A DNA stretch of 24,000 nucleotides from contig JBBCIG010000005.1 of the NCBI GenBank assembly GCA_037200685.1, positions 126,769 to 150,768 of the forward strand, written 5' to 3'. The DNA comes from Chitinophagaceae bacterium (lineage in GTDB: Bacteria > Bacteroidota > Bacteroidia > Chitinophagales > Chitinophagaceae). This document shows, piece by piece, positions 8,989-18,923 of the stretch (its first letter is position 1; each line of letters opens with the position of its first letter). The translations under genes and the position numbers were made by a program. The notes under the pieces were generated by a model. The model worked only from the letters and a program-made list of their open reading frames with translations, made no database searches and had not been told where the DNA came from.

Positions 8989-10029
8989 TTATTTAGATTT
9001 TGAAAAAACACTTGCTTCTTTATCTAAGTCTGCGGCACCAGGGATGTTTCCATCATTCAATATTATTTTATAACGGAACGTTGCTGATTTGCCGGCATCA
9101 ATTGAAAAATTCAATTTGTCTTTGCCACCGCTTAATGCTTCCTGGCCAAGAGTATTTGCTGCGAATAATCCATAGCCACGGGCATGCCAGTAAGTGGGAT
9201 AACCGGGATTGGATGGATAATCAATGATTGCAATAGAGACAGGCGTTCCATTTTTCTTTCCATACATAAGGCACCATTTTCCTCTTGTACCCCAGGCATC
9301 GTTTCCGGTTTTGCCTTCACTGGTAAGAAAATTTCCGGTGACGCCTTCATTATTCAATGTAGGTACTGCTGTCGGGTTTCCCTGGGCATCCGTAAATATT
9401 TCTGGTTTATCGGTTGGTATTTCCAGTTCACGGCATACACGGATTCCCAACGTACCTTCTTTATTATCCTTGAGATTTACTTTTTCTTTTTGTGCAGTGA
9501 GAACGGAGCTGCGTTCGATGGTCCGTGTTCCTGCTTTCCCACTTATTATAAATGTGGTTACTTCCTTTAATAAAATGTTTCCTTTATAATCAACCCAGTC
9601 AGCGGCAACAACCAATGTTCCTTTATCCTTTCCATCTTCTGCTTTAATGATTTGCTGGTGGCGGATACTTCCATATTTAGGTTTGTCCACTTCTTTTATC
9701 GCATACGAATTATTCCAGAAGTCAAGGCCGTTCACATCTCCGTAATTAAACCACAAACCGATATGGTGAGGATGATCGGTTCTTTCATTGGGACGTGGGT
9801 TCAATGGAAAGCCGCGGGTCAGCGTAATATCGGAAGAAGTAATAAGTGGATATAAAACGGGCTTATCTATATTATCTGTATAGAGGTAAGAAGTAAACAA
9901 TTTTCCTCCTACCATAATATCTATCTTTTTCTCCTGTTCTTTTTTTATAAACTTAACGTTGTCCTGCGAGTTGGCAGTTGAAAAAAAGAATAGACTTGTG
10001 ACCAGGATACTATAACTTAAAATGCTCAT
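8989..10029 (-). CDS. DUF6807 / PmoA-like secreted protein
   Basis: ORF 8989..10050; Met at 10029 (MSILSYSILVTSLFFFSTANSQ) gives a clean signal peptide. Family-like blocks: RPNERTDHPHHIGLWFNYGDVNGLDFWNNS, GKWCLMYGKKNGTPVSIAIIDYPSNPGYPTYWHARGYGLFAANTLG. Confidence 0.72.
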   Translation of the reverse strand: MSILSYSILVTSLFFFSTANSQDNVKFIKKEQEKKIDIMVGGKLFTSYLYTDNIDKPVLYPLITSSDITLTRGFPLNPRPNERTDHPHHIGLWFNYGDVNGLDFWNNSYAIKEVDKPKYGSIRHQQIIKAEDGKDKGTLVVAADWVDYKGNILLKEVTTFIISGKAGTRTIERSSVLTAQKEKVNLKDNKEGTLGIRVCRELEIPTDKPEIFTDAQGNPTAVPTLNNEGVTGNFLTSEGKTGNDAWGTRGKWCLMYGKKNGTPVSIAIIDYPSNPGYPTYWHARGYGLFAANTLGQEALSGGKDKLNFSIDAGKSATFRYKIILNDGNIPGAADLDKEASVFSKSK

Positions 10030-10202
10030 CGTTATTTTTTTATAAGGCAAGTCTTCAAAATTGAAGGAGCAATAAATTTACAACAGCCTTATATATTTTG
10101 CTGATATTTTACCGAGAACGATTGCGGTAAAGTAGAATGATGCCCGTTACGCTTTGATATGGTACAATGGAGGGAGATATTTGAATGTAAAAATTGTGCA
10201 GA

Positions 10203-10433
10203 TCAGCTACGTCTTCTTTTTGTCTTGACCGGTTGTACAGAAGATTGCAATAATTGATACAACAGGCAAACTCCACCAATGGCAATAGAGACAAGACCTA
10301 CTTTAAGAAAGTTAGAGTAAGAATAATTAATATATTTTAAAAACAAACTGAATAGAAAAAAGGAGAAGCCGGTAACCAGAAAGAGGCCGGGCCAGGGAAA
10401 TTTTTCTTGTTCTTTTACATCAAAGTCTTTCAC
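10203..10433 (-). CDS. Small membrane protein, unknown function
   Basis: 76 aa, two hydrophobic segments, basic C-terminus. Confidence 0.5.
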   Translation of the reverse strand: MKDFDVKEQEKFPWPGLFLVTGFSFFLFSLFLKYINYSYSNFLKVGLVSIAIGGVCLLYQLLQSSVQPVKTKRRRS

Positions 10434-10549
10434 AGGGTATTATTTCCTGTAAAACGGATAAATTCTCCGTTGTATTTTTCAATGAAGCATGTATTTTGCT
10501 AATTAGTAGAATACACTTATCCCTCAATAGGATTAAAAACTAATTATAT

Positions 10550-10837
10550 TTATGCCTGGTCTTCTTCAAGGTTTTCATGGTTATCTCCACCGAGACTGTA
10601 ATAGTTATTTTCTTCATCTTCTTCCCCGATATCTTCATCTTTGTCATCAAGTTCTGAACCGGGTACATCAAGGTCATTTCCCGCTATTTTATCCTGTTTT
10701 TTCTGTTCTTCTTTTGCAAATTCTTCATCTTCTTTTAAAGGTTCTTTCTCTTCTTTATTATAAATGTCTTCACTCGCAGGATACTGCGGGTAACCCGGGA
10801 ATTTTTCATCGTCGGGTTTATTTTCTTTTTTAGCCAT
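10550..10837 (-). CDS. Highly acidic low-complexity small protein
   Basis: 95 aa dominated by E/D/K, no signal peptide; same strand as neighbours. Confidence 0.6.
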   Translation of the reverse strand: MAKKENKPDDEKFPGYPQYPASEDIYNKEEKEPLKEDEEFAKEEQKKQDKIAGNDLDVPGSELDDKDEDIGEEDEENNYYSLGGDNHENLEEDQA

Positions 10838-10907
10838 AAAATTTGTATTAGTTATAAATTATCATGCAATAGCAGTGCCGGAATATCTTTTACTCTTTTA
10901 CGTGAAG

Positions 10908-11171
10908 CTATCCTTTTTTATATTTTACAGAAAAGAAAATAATAACAAGGTTCACGAGAAAGGAAAAACTATTAAAGATAATGATCAGGATATCTTCTTT
11001 CAGCACACCATACCATGCCCAGCCACCGATACCGGTCATCAGGACAAATAACATCACATAAGAAATGTCATCTGCTTTCTTTTCTTTGATGATCTTGAAT
11101 AATTGTGGCAGCATCGACACGGATGTTAAAATACCCGCACCAATGCCAACATACTGGCTGATGTCACTCAT
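10908..11171 (-). CDS. SemiSWEET-family (PQ-loop) transporter
   Basis: 87 aa, three TM segments; IGAGILTSVSMLPQLFKIIKEKKADDISYVMLFVLMTGIGGWAWYG..IIFNSFSFLVNLVIIFF, typical SemiSWEET. Confidence 0.85.
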   Translation of the reverse strand: MSDISQYVGIGAGILTSVSMLPQLFKIIKEKKADDISYVMLFVLMTGIGGWAWYGVLKEDILIIIFNSFSFLVNLVIIFFSVKYKKG

Positions 11172-11174
11172 AGT

Positions 11175-13337
11175 TTAGGCAGGTACAAGTTTCATTGTTT
11201 CTCTTTCCCAAAAACGGTGTTGTGCGATCGCATCTATAAAAAGCTTGCTCAAGGACTTGTTCTTTGTCGGGTAAACAAAACCCGGCAGTTCTTTATTCTC
11301 TTCCAGCAAACTGCCAACACTTGTCTTGGCGATAAAAGCTTCCGCATCGATATCAACCGCTATCGCCTTACAATGTTTGTAAGCCTGGTCTACAAAATGG
11401 ATTGCATCCGCTTCATTCGACAACGTAGCGATACTATCCTTTCCACCGGGTACATAAACTGCATCATATAATACGGAAGCAACAGTGCGAAGGTTCTTGT
11501 CAACTTTGATCGTTACCCCTTTGCCTGCATTCAGCTCACCCAATTTTGGTGCAATGATCTCAACCACGGCTCCAGCATCCATTAATGCTTTTTTCATTTG
11601 ATTTACTGAACTTCCATTTACGCCATTCGCTGCGAGTATCGCTATCTTTCTTGTTGCGATGGAATCTTTAGGCGTATTGACCATACTCAATGCATCAGAA
11701 CTTTCAAGACCCTGGTCGACCATTTTTGGTTGAAACTTCGCCGGGTTCCCATCTGCAGGGATACTATGATTGATAGGTTGTCCTGGTTTTTTTGGAACAG
11801 CCAATCCAAGTTCATCGGCTACGTTTTTAGCAAGAGTAGCATCTACCTGGTTCAGCAGGCCCAGCATTCTTATTCTTATTTCAACACTTTCTACTTTACT
11901 TAATTCAAACCGCAAAGCATCCGTGAGGTGGTTCTTCTCCGGTTCGGATTGACTATTAAAAAATAATTTGGCCTGGCTAAAATGATCAAAGAAACTCTGG
12001 CTTCTTGCCCTTACCTTTTTTGCATCGATCCTTTCTGCATGAGAAGTAAAACCGCCTTCCGCCGCTTTTGCCTGAAACGGACAACCGCCGCCTAAACTAT
12101 TCGGGCTATAACTGGTGCGGTCTTTATTAATTTGTTGGCGCATGAGGCCATCACGCTGGTTATTATGTACGGTATTGATAGACCGGTTAATAGGAATTTC
12201 ATGAAAATTCGAGCCGCCTAACCTTGACAGTTGTGTATCCGTGTAAGAAAATAAGCGTCCTTGTAATAAAGGATCGTTAGTGAAATCGATACCGGGCACC
12301 AAATGACCGGGATGGAATGCGACTTGTTCGGTCTCTGCGAAAAAATTATCCGGATTGCGGTCGAGTGTCAATTTGCCGATTCGTTGAACCGGTACCAATT
12401 CTTCCGGTATCAGTTTAGTAGGATCAAGCAGGTCAAAAGGAAACTTATGTTCATCTTTTTCATCAACTACTTGTATTCCTAATTCCCATTCCGGGAAAGC
12501 GCCTGCTTCAATCGCATCATACAAATCACGGCGATGAAAGTCCGGATCTTTCCCGGAAATGATCGTTGCCTCATCCCAGGCTACTGAATGTACACCGAGC
12601 AAAGGTTTCCAATGAAATTTTACAAAGAAGGAGCGTCCCTGTTCATTGATGAACCGGAATGTATGAACACCAAATCCTTCCATCATGCGATAACTTCTTG
12701 GAATGGCACGGTCGCTCATCACCCACATGATCATGTGCATGGATTCCGGCATCAATGAAATAAAATCCCAGAATGTATCATGCGCAGATGCAGCCTGCGG
12801 TATTTCGTTATTCGGCTCCGGCTTTACGGCATGTATCAGGTCAGGGAATTTGATCGCATCCTGTATAAAGAATACAGGCATATTATTACCAACAAGATCA
12901 TAATTACCTTCTTCTGTATAAAATTTAACGGAGAAACCACGAACATCCCGGGCAAGATCTGTAGAGCCTCTTGATCCTGCCACTGTGGAGAAGCGAACGA
13001 ATACAGGTGTTCTTCTTTTTGGATCATTTAAAAATCCGGCCTTGGTATATTTTGCCATGGGCTCATACACCTGGAAGAAACCATGTGCAGCCGCACCACG
13101 AGCATGCACTATCCTTTCGGGGATACGTTCATGATCAAAGTGAGTAATTTTTTCCCGGAGAATAAAATCTTCTAACAGCGTTGCGCCCCGTTCACCTGCC
13201 TTTAAAGAGTTCTGATCATCATTGATCTTTAACCCCTGGTCGGTGGTCATGAATTCATTGACACTTGTCTCTGTATTAGGTGCGAGGTCAGCTGCTTTTG
13301 CATTTGTGTTTGCAGGTGATTTCTTTTTGGTGGCCAT
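11175..13337 (-). CDS. katE: Large-subunit (HPII-type) catalase
   Basis: 720 aa; HFDHERIPERIVHARGAAAHGFFQVYEP, RFSTVAGSRGSTDLARDVRGFSVKFYTEEGNYDLVGNNMPVFFIQDAIKFPD, PGHLVPGIDFTNDPLLQGRLFSYTDTQLSRLGG, plus C-terminal GATase1/DJ-1-like domain. Confidence 0.96.
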   Translation of the reverse strand: MATKKKSPANTNAKAADLAPNTETSVNEFMTTDQGLKINDDQNSLKAGERGATLLEDFILREKITHFDHERIPERIVHARGAAAHGFFQVYEPMAKYTKAGFLNDPKRRTPVFVRFSTVAGSRGSTDLARDVRGFSVKFYTEEGNYDLVGNNMPVFFIQDAIKFPDLIHAVKPEPNNEIPQAASAHDTFWDFISLMPESMHMIMWVMSDRAIPRSYRMMEGFGVHTFRFINEQGRSFFVKFHWKPLLGVHSVAWDEATIISGKDPDFHRRDLYDAIEAGAFPEWELGIQVVDEKDEHKFPFDLLDPTKLIPEELVPVQRIGKLTLDRNPDNFFAETEQVAFHPGHLVPGIDFTNDPLLQGRLFSYTDTQLSRLGGSNFHEIPINRSINTVHNNQRDGLMRQQINKDRTSYSPNSLGGGCPFQAKAAEGGFTSHAERIDAKKVRARSQSFFDHFSQAKLFFNSQSEPEKNHLTDALRFELSKVESVEIRIRMLGLLNQVDATLAKNVADELGLAVPKKPGQPINHSIPADGNPAKFQPKMVDQGLESSDALSMVNTPKDSIATRKIAILAANGVNGSSVNQMKKALMDAGAVVEIIAPKLGELNAGKGVTIKVDKNLRTVASVLYDAVYVPGGKDSIATLSNEADAIHFVDQAYKHCKAIAVDIDAEAFIAKTSVGSLLEENKELPGFVYPTKNKSLSKLFIDAIAQHRFWERETMKLVPA

Positions 13338-13879
13338 AAATTGGTTTTCTTAAAGATTGAAATAAGTATGCCAGAAAAAATGACGTCATATTTTTTTAAT
13401 ACTCATTTAGTGAAAATATTATACTGCTTAAGCATGTTTTGTTTAACCGTTCGCCGATGTTGGTTTTGGCAACTTTGAGTGACTTTTATTGTATGATACG
13501 TGAAGGTCTTGTGCTTGCAAAAACACCAACAAATGAATTAAGTATTCCAGAAATAGCCTTAAGGCACCCCCGCATGCAGGCATCTTCGCAAATGCCGATA
13601 CTTCGGCGTGATCAGTAAAGAACAGAATTCCCCATACTAATCGGGATGATGCATATATGCCGGATAGAATTAACGCAATAGAAGAGCGGCGCAATGAAAC
13701 TGATAATCTACAGGATGCTGCGTATAGCAATACAGTTGGTAGTAAAATAATTTCATTGCGAGTTACGATGCCAACCCCTTAGCAGCCTATGCAAGTTATA
13801 TCTATGATGATTTCATTCATTATTGTAGATCAGCTAATAAGAGCAACTGCTTTAAATATTTTTATGGCATTGTTCCGTT

Positions 13880-14236
13880 TTACATCGCTTGTTTATACCG
13901 GCCCAGCATTTCTTTTACTAAAACAGGATTAAACGGCTTTGCGAGATAATCCAGTTCAATCAATCTTGCCGCAATTCTATTTTCGGGAGTATCATTTATC
14001 GTCATTATTAAACAAACGCCCGATCCGATAGCAAAGTCAAGAAATTCAAAAGCGCCAGGTAATTCAAGATTAAAGATGACCAATTCGTGATTATGGTCCT
14101 TTAATAAGGTCATTGCGATGTCCATAGACTGAACGGTCTCAATAGTAGTTGCCTGAATGGTATCTTTTTTAATAAGCCGGATCAATTCGCCGGACGAAAT
14201 CAGCTCGTCCTCGACGATAAGAATTTTCGTTATCAT
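13880..14236 (-). CDS. Stand-alone receiver-domain protein, phosphoacceptor Asp replaced by Asn (pseudo-receiver)
   Basis: 118 aa; ILIVEDE...HELVIFNLELPG...LIMTIND...YLAKPF; the position normally Asp after the beta3 strand is Asn56 (codon on the minus strand at 14071-14069 = AAT). Confidence 0.8.
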   Translation of the reverse strand: MITKILIVEDELISSGELIRLIKKDTIQATTIETVQSMDIAMTLLKDHNHELVIFNLELPGAFEFLDFAIGSGVCLIMTINDTPENRIAARLIELDYLAKPFNPVLVKEMLGRYKQAM

Positions 14237-14501
14237 TGGTTTAACTTATTCAGACACAAAAGTATCTGCGAGTTTTAGGGCTATTCCTAGAATTGTATCC
14301 AAATTCTCTAGAATTATTTCGATTGTTTATGGCCTACTTTTTTGTCATTTGGATTTATTCCCCAAAGCACTATATTTTTTTGCTGCTGCTGTGATTTTTC
14401 CAAATGAGTAAGACTTGTTCTCGACCTTTCTATTTGCAGAATTTAAATGATTTTCGATGTTTGCTAGATTATTTTCTATGGCGATATCAAAATATGTAGT
14501 A

Positions 14502-14509
14502 TAAATTTG
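14502..14509 (+). promoter_or_regulatory. Candidate Bacteroidota -7 promoter element (TAnnTTTG) upstream of the LuxR response regulator
   Basis: TAAATTTG 61 nt upstream of ATG 14570; -33 element not convincing. Confidence 0.35.
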
Positions 14510-14569
14510 CATATAGAACCAGATTAATTGTATTTCCTAATGTCCTTTACTAAATAACCATTAAACTCT

Positions 14570-15208
14570 ATGACTGAAACCAAGCCAATTACAATGGTCA
14601 TTGCCGATGATCATTCCATCATCCGGGTAGGAATAAAACTATTATTCCGGGCAAACCCGCTCATTACCATCTACGAAGCATCGAACGGCGACGAACTTTT
14701 TGAACAAATAAAAAAGTATTCTCCCGATATCGTACTACTTGATATTAACATGCCCAATACCAATTCGCAGACGCTTTTACAAACTATCTTAACCATTAAG
14801 CCCCAGTTGAGTGTGCTTGTTTTCTCTGTAAATAAGGAGGAAATTTATGGCAAGCTGTACCTGAAGCTCGGTGCGAGAGGTTACTTACAAAAAGATGCAC
14901 CGCCAGAGGATATCGTTAAAGCTGTCGACTGCATACTGGCGGGGAATGTGTATATACGCAAAGACAAACAGGATATGTATCTCGGTGGCGTAGGCGCCCG
15001 TGAATTCTCTCCTTATTTTGTTTTGAGCAAGAAAGAGATGGAAGTGCTTCCGTATTTGTCAAGTGGGGATTCAGTAATGAATATTGCAAGGAGCCTTAAC
15101 CTGAGCCCATCAACCATCGGTACCCATAAATCAAATATCTTCTCAAAGCTTCATATTACTAATATTATCGAGCTAAAAGAGCTGATTGCGCTGCATCCAC
15201 TGTCCTGA
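14570..15208 (+). CDS. NarL/FixJ-type (LuxR HTH) response regulator
   Basis: 212 aa; receiver with VIADDHSIIR, DIVLLDINMPN, and C-terminal LSKKEMEVLPYLSSGDSVMNIARSLNLSPSTIGTHKSNIFSKLHITNIIELKELI. Confidence 0.93.
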   Translation: MTETKPITMVIADDHSIIRVGIKLLFRANPLITIYEASNGDELFEQIKKYSPDIVLLDINMPNTNSQTLLQTILTIKPQLSVLVFSVNKEEIYGKLYLKLGARGYLQKDAPPEDIVKAVDCILAGNVYIRKDKQDMYLGGVGAREFSPYFVLSKKEMEVLPYLSSGDSVMNIARSLNLSPSTIGTHKSNIFSKLHITNIIELKELIALHPLS

Positions 15209-15493
15209 TAGTAGTAATGTTGAGCCAGTAATTGCGAAATATTTAATCACAACCTATGAACGAACGTAGATTTATCCATGCGGTAAACAGCCGTACCTTA
15301 TTCATATTTGATGTATTTTCGGAAAACAGTAAGTTTTCGGAATATACAGACTATATACTTCTGTCTTATTCGGCGTTTTCAGGCAAGCGATCTGGAAAGC
15401 CGGGTACACAAGGCAGAATGATAATACATCGCGGAGTTCTTTCTATTTCTGCTGGCCTTTGAATCACCGTTGTATACCAGTAAACATTAAGCT

Positions 15494-18400
15494 GTGAAAC
15501 AACTGTATTCATCCATAAAAAAAATTACCCCTCGTCTATTCGGCATTTCATTATTATGCCTGGTCTCTTTGCTATGCAATTCCCAGGCAGGATACACAAA
15601 AGCAGAGTATACGAATAAAAATGGCCTTCCTCAAAACCAGGTAAGGGGCACCTGCTTTGACAAAGAGGGATATCTGTGGATAGCAACTTATGGCGGCCTC
15701 AGCCGGTTTGACGGCAAAAATTTTTCAACTTTCAATATTAAAAATACACCTGCGATGCGTAATGACCGCATCGTGTATATATTTAAAGATACTGCGGGGC
15801 TGGTGCATTTTTTTGACGCTGATTATAACTTTTACAAAATAACAGGGCTTAATACTATTGTGTATGATTCATTGATGGATCAAAAAAAATATTTACTGCC
15901 AACCCAGACTGGTTTTTTCTTTTACGATAATCTGATTGATGATCCTTTACTTCCGCCGGCGCTTTTAAAAAAAGATTTAAAAAACATAAGTTTTAAATTA
16001 GCCGAATGGCTTAATGAAGATGAATGTTATAGAGAATTTGACGGTGTTTTATATTACCTTAATAACAAAAGCAAAATAATAAAGAAGCTGGGCGTATTGC
16101 CTGCAGACTTTAACTGGTGGGGGTTTGTTACAAACGGCATTTTTGTTTATTATCAACAGGGCAGATTGTCTTTTTTTAAAGATGGGATGGCCATAAAAGG
16201 TATAAATATTGCGGCTCCTGTGTTAAATCTTATAAAGGCGGCGGCAGAAAATAATTATACTTATCATGGAGAAAACAGATCGTTTTTTATTTTACATAAC
16301 AATCTTTATCAATTATCGCTGCAGAATGATAGTATAATTTCTGTAGCGATTGGAAAAAACTTACAACTCGAATCTTCTGAATTTGTAACTGCAAAGAAAG
16401 ATATGGTCAATGATAACTATATCGTTGGCACTTTAACAAGCGGGCTGTTAATCATTAAGCCTGCCGGTTTTGAAACAATGATAACCAGGAAAAATAATTT
16501 TCTTGGTTATTCGCTTTATGATGTTATTTCTCTGGGAGGTGGAAATTTTTTATGCAATTATAAAAAATTTAATGTGTATGACAGCAGCAGCAGCAGTTTA
16601 TTGCCTGTTGAGATACTGTCGAGATCATTATTTAAGTACAATGATGACCGTATACTCTTTATGGATAAAAACAACGCCTTGTTTATTGCCGATAAAGATT
16701 TTACCAATATAAAAAAACTGGCAGCCACAAGTGAATTTGATATCAGGTATGTTGAAAGTTTTGATCATACAATATGGACTTCCTTTAATAAAACGCTCTG
16801 GCAAGTGCTCCCTGACGCAACAGTAAAAAATATTAAGAACTTTAATGAAGATATTTTGTATTTGTTTGAATATGATGCCAGCCATTTATGGGTACTTACC
16901 GTAAAAGGTATGTTAGAGTACAACATTATAGACAACAGTATTTCAGCAAAACCATTATTCCCTAATTTACAGATACGCAGCATTTACCGGGCAAAAGATA
17001 ATTCTATATGGCTGGGCACTTATGGCAATGGCTTATATAAATACTATGAGAAAAAGATAGTTGCGTTACCGCTTGACAGCAAGGAAGTATTATCCAACGC
17101 ACATAATTTTTATGAAGATGCGAAAGGTTTTTTTTGGATACCAACCAATAACGGGCTTATTCAGTGCCTTAAATCCGATTTGGATGCTTATGTAAAAGAC
17201 AGTACGCTTGTACCTTATTATTATAGATACTCTAACAGTGACGGGTTAATTACGAATGAATTTAATGGCGGCTCAAACTCGCCCTATGGTATAGATGAAA
17301 AAGGAACGCTTGTTTATCCCTCTATTAATGGGGTTGCTTTCTTTTCTCCCTTAAAAATGCATCCTGTCACCGCTTCCGGCAATATTACTATCAGTTCGGC
17401 AATGCTTGATGATAAACTTATTCCTGTTTCGGAAAAGATTACTATACCATCCGGGTTCAGCCGGCTTACTATAAATATTGGCCTTAGCTTTTTTGGCAGT
17501 GAGGAGAATTTGGTACTGGAATATAATGTTGAAGGTTTAAATACAGAATGGTACCAGGTGCCTGCCAACAGGCAGATAGTATTAAACAGGTTGCCGACCG
17601 GGGAATATAAATTATTAATAAGAAAGCGTAATGGATTTGGCGTTAATAATTATCAATATGAGCAATTCGATTTTACCGTGCAGCCTCATTTTTATGAGAC
17701 CCGTTGGTTCAATATCGCCATGGTCGGTGTCATCATCGGTATTGTAGGGCTTTTCTTCTACCTGAAAAATCGTTCAGTAATAAAAGGTAAAAAAACACTC
17801 GAAAAACAAGTGCGGCAACGGACAACGGAACTCGATAATATGGTTTTGCAATTGAATACTACAATGGAGGAGCTATACAGTTCCGAACAAAAATTATTTG
17901 ATTCCAATAAAGTGAAGGACAAAGCGATATCCATCATCTTGCATGATATTAAAGCTCCCGTACGGTACCTGAGCATGGCCGCCGGCAGTATGCACAGCAG
18001 TGTATTCAACCTTAGCCGCAATGAAATGAAAACCTTATCAGCCAGCTTCGCGGAGTCGGCGCAGAACGTGAATATGTTTGTGGAAGAGCTGCTCGAATGG
18101 CTGCTGATAGAGCGGAAAGAATTTTCCGCTAGCTATTCTAACTTTCTTATTTACGACCTGATGAAAGAAATCGGCGACTTATACAAAGGGGTCGCCTTTG
18201 CGAATAATAACACGATCACGATTGTGCCGGTGTCAAAAAATATTAACGTGACCGCTGATTATAAAATACTACAACTCATTATACGCAACCTTTTAGATAA
18301 TGCATTAAAACATACCAGCAATGGCCAAATCACTTTATCGGCGGAACAACCAGGCGATAATAACACACACATCACTATAAAAGATACGGGAAAAGGTATA

Positions 18401-18589
18401 AGCAAAGCGGAACTCGAATCTATTAAGAATGATACCTTAAATACTGATATCAAAGGCACAAGCGGGCTGGGCTATGGCCTTGTGAAAAGTTTTTTAAAGC
18501 TTATAAATGGCACTTTGTCCATTGAAAGTAAACAAGGCAAAGGCACTGAAGTAACAATCGTCTTCCCCCTGTTATCAAATGACATATAA
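15494..18589 (+). CDS. Membrane-anchored two-component sensor histidine kinase with N-terminal beta-propeller (Reg_prop repeats) and Y_Y_Y domain
   Basis: 1031 aa; signal peptide; NGLPQNQVRGTCFDKEGYLWIATYGGLSRFDGKNF, IWLGTYGNGLYKY, FWIPTNNGLIQ; Y_Y_Y-like NTEWYQVPANRQIVLNRLPTGEYKLLIR; one TM; H-box SIILHDIKAPVRYLS; HATPase LIIRNLLDNALKHTS..ISKAELESIK..GLGYGLVKSFLKLINGTLSIESKQGKGTEVTIVFP. Confidence 0.94.
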   Translation: MKQLYSSIKKITPRLFGISLLCLVSLLCNSQAGYTKAEYTNKNGLPQNQVRGTCFDKEGYLWIATYGGLSRFDGKNFSTFNIKNTPAMRNDRIVYIFKDTAGLVHFFDADYNFYKITGLNTIVYDSLMDQKKYLLPTQTGFFFYDNLIDDPLLPPALLKKDLKNISFKLAEWLNEDECYREFDGVLYYLNNKSKIIKKLGVLPADFNWWGFVTNGIFVYYQQGRLSFFKDGMAIKGINIAAPVLNLIKAAAENNYTYHGENRSFFILHNNLYQLSLQNDSIISVAIGKNLQLESSEFVTAKKDMVNDNYIVGTLTSGLLIIKPAGFETMITRKNNFLGYSLYDVISLGGGNFLCNYKKFNVYDSSSSSLLPVEILSRSLFKYNDDRILFMDKNNALFIADKDFTNIKKLAATSEFDIRYVESFDHTIWTSFNKTLWQVLPDATVKNIKNFNEDILYLFEYDASHLWVLTVKGMLEYNIIDNSISAKPLFPNLQIRSIYRAKDNSIWLGTYGNGLYKYYEKKIVALPLDSKEVLSNAHNFYEDAKGFFWIPTNNGLIQCLKSDLDAYVKDSTLVPYYYRYSNSDGLITNEFNGGSNSPYGIDEKGTLVYPSINGVAFFSPLKMHPVTASGNITISSAMLDDKLIPVSEKITIPSGFSRLTINIGLSFFGSEENLVLEYNVEGLNTEWYQVPANRQIVLNRLPTGEYKLLIRKRNGFGVNNYQYEQFDFTVQPHFYETRWFNIAMVGVIIGIVGLFFYLKNRSVIKGKKTLEKQVRQRTTELDNMVLQLNTTMEELYSSEQKLFDSNKVKDKAISIILHDIKAPVRYLSMAAGSMHSSVFNLSRNEMKTLSASFAESAQNVNMFVEELLEWLLIERKEFSASYSNFLIYDLMKEIGDLYKGVAFANNNTITIVPVSKNINVTADYKILQLIIRNLLDNALKHTSNGQITLSAEQPGDNNTHITIKDTGKGISKAELESIKNDTLNTDIKGTSGLGYGLVKSFLKLINGTLSIESKQGKGTEVTIVFPLLSNDI

Positions 18590-18811
18590 AAGCGAGATTA
18601 TTAGCTCCACTCTTTTTTTAAGCATTTTATACACATCCTGGTTGTAATATCTAAAAGAAACTCTACTATTTTTCGATTGTTATCTATAGTATATCTGCTC
18701 CGCTTGTTGTTGTTTTACAGCTTCTGTGAAGTTTAGAAATATATTTCAATTGTTTATGCAATGAAAAGACTGGCGCCCTTTATAAACTTATTTAGGGAAG
18801 TATAGCCAGAT

Positions 18812-18846
18812 AGCCGGGGAGGTGTGGGGGCCGAACCGGCTTTTTT
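18812..18846 (+). terminator. Terminator-like hairpin
   Basis: AGCCGG (18812-18817) pairs with CCGGCT (18836-18841), followed by TTTTTT. Confidence 0.45.
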
Positions 18847-18890
18847 ATTATTTGATGTGATTTATTATATAAAGGAGAATCAATGATTCA

Positions 18891-18923
18891 GCGTTCCATT
18901 AAAACAATGGAGCGTTTTTTTTT
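18891..18923 (+). terminator. Strong rho-independent terminator-like hairpin
   Basis: gcgttccatt-aaaac-aatggagcgt (10 pairs including 2 G-T) followed by a run of T. Confidence 0.7.

Noticed and set aside
9184-9589. Overlapping plus-strand ORFs 9184..9570 and 9224..9589
   Set aside because: Antisense to the DUF6807-like gene; Cys/Phe-rich shadow translations.
10109-10294. 61-aa minus-strand ORF
   Set aside because: Overlaps the better supported small membrane protein 10203..10433 in another frame.
13443-13730. 95-aa minus-strand ORF
   Set aside because: Composition (Ser/Leu/Arg-rich, no recognisable domain), no clear ribosome-binding context; likely spurious in the catalase upstream region, though a decayed gene cannot be excluded.
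15256-15462. 68-aa plus-strand ORF upstream of the sensor kinase
   Set aside because: No recognisable domain or convincing coding signal; probably chance ORF in a leader/intergenic region.
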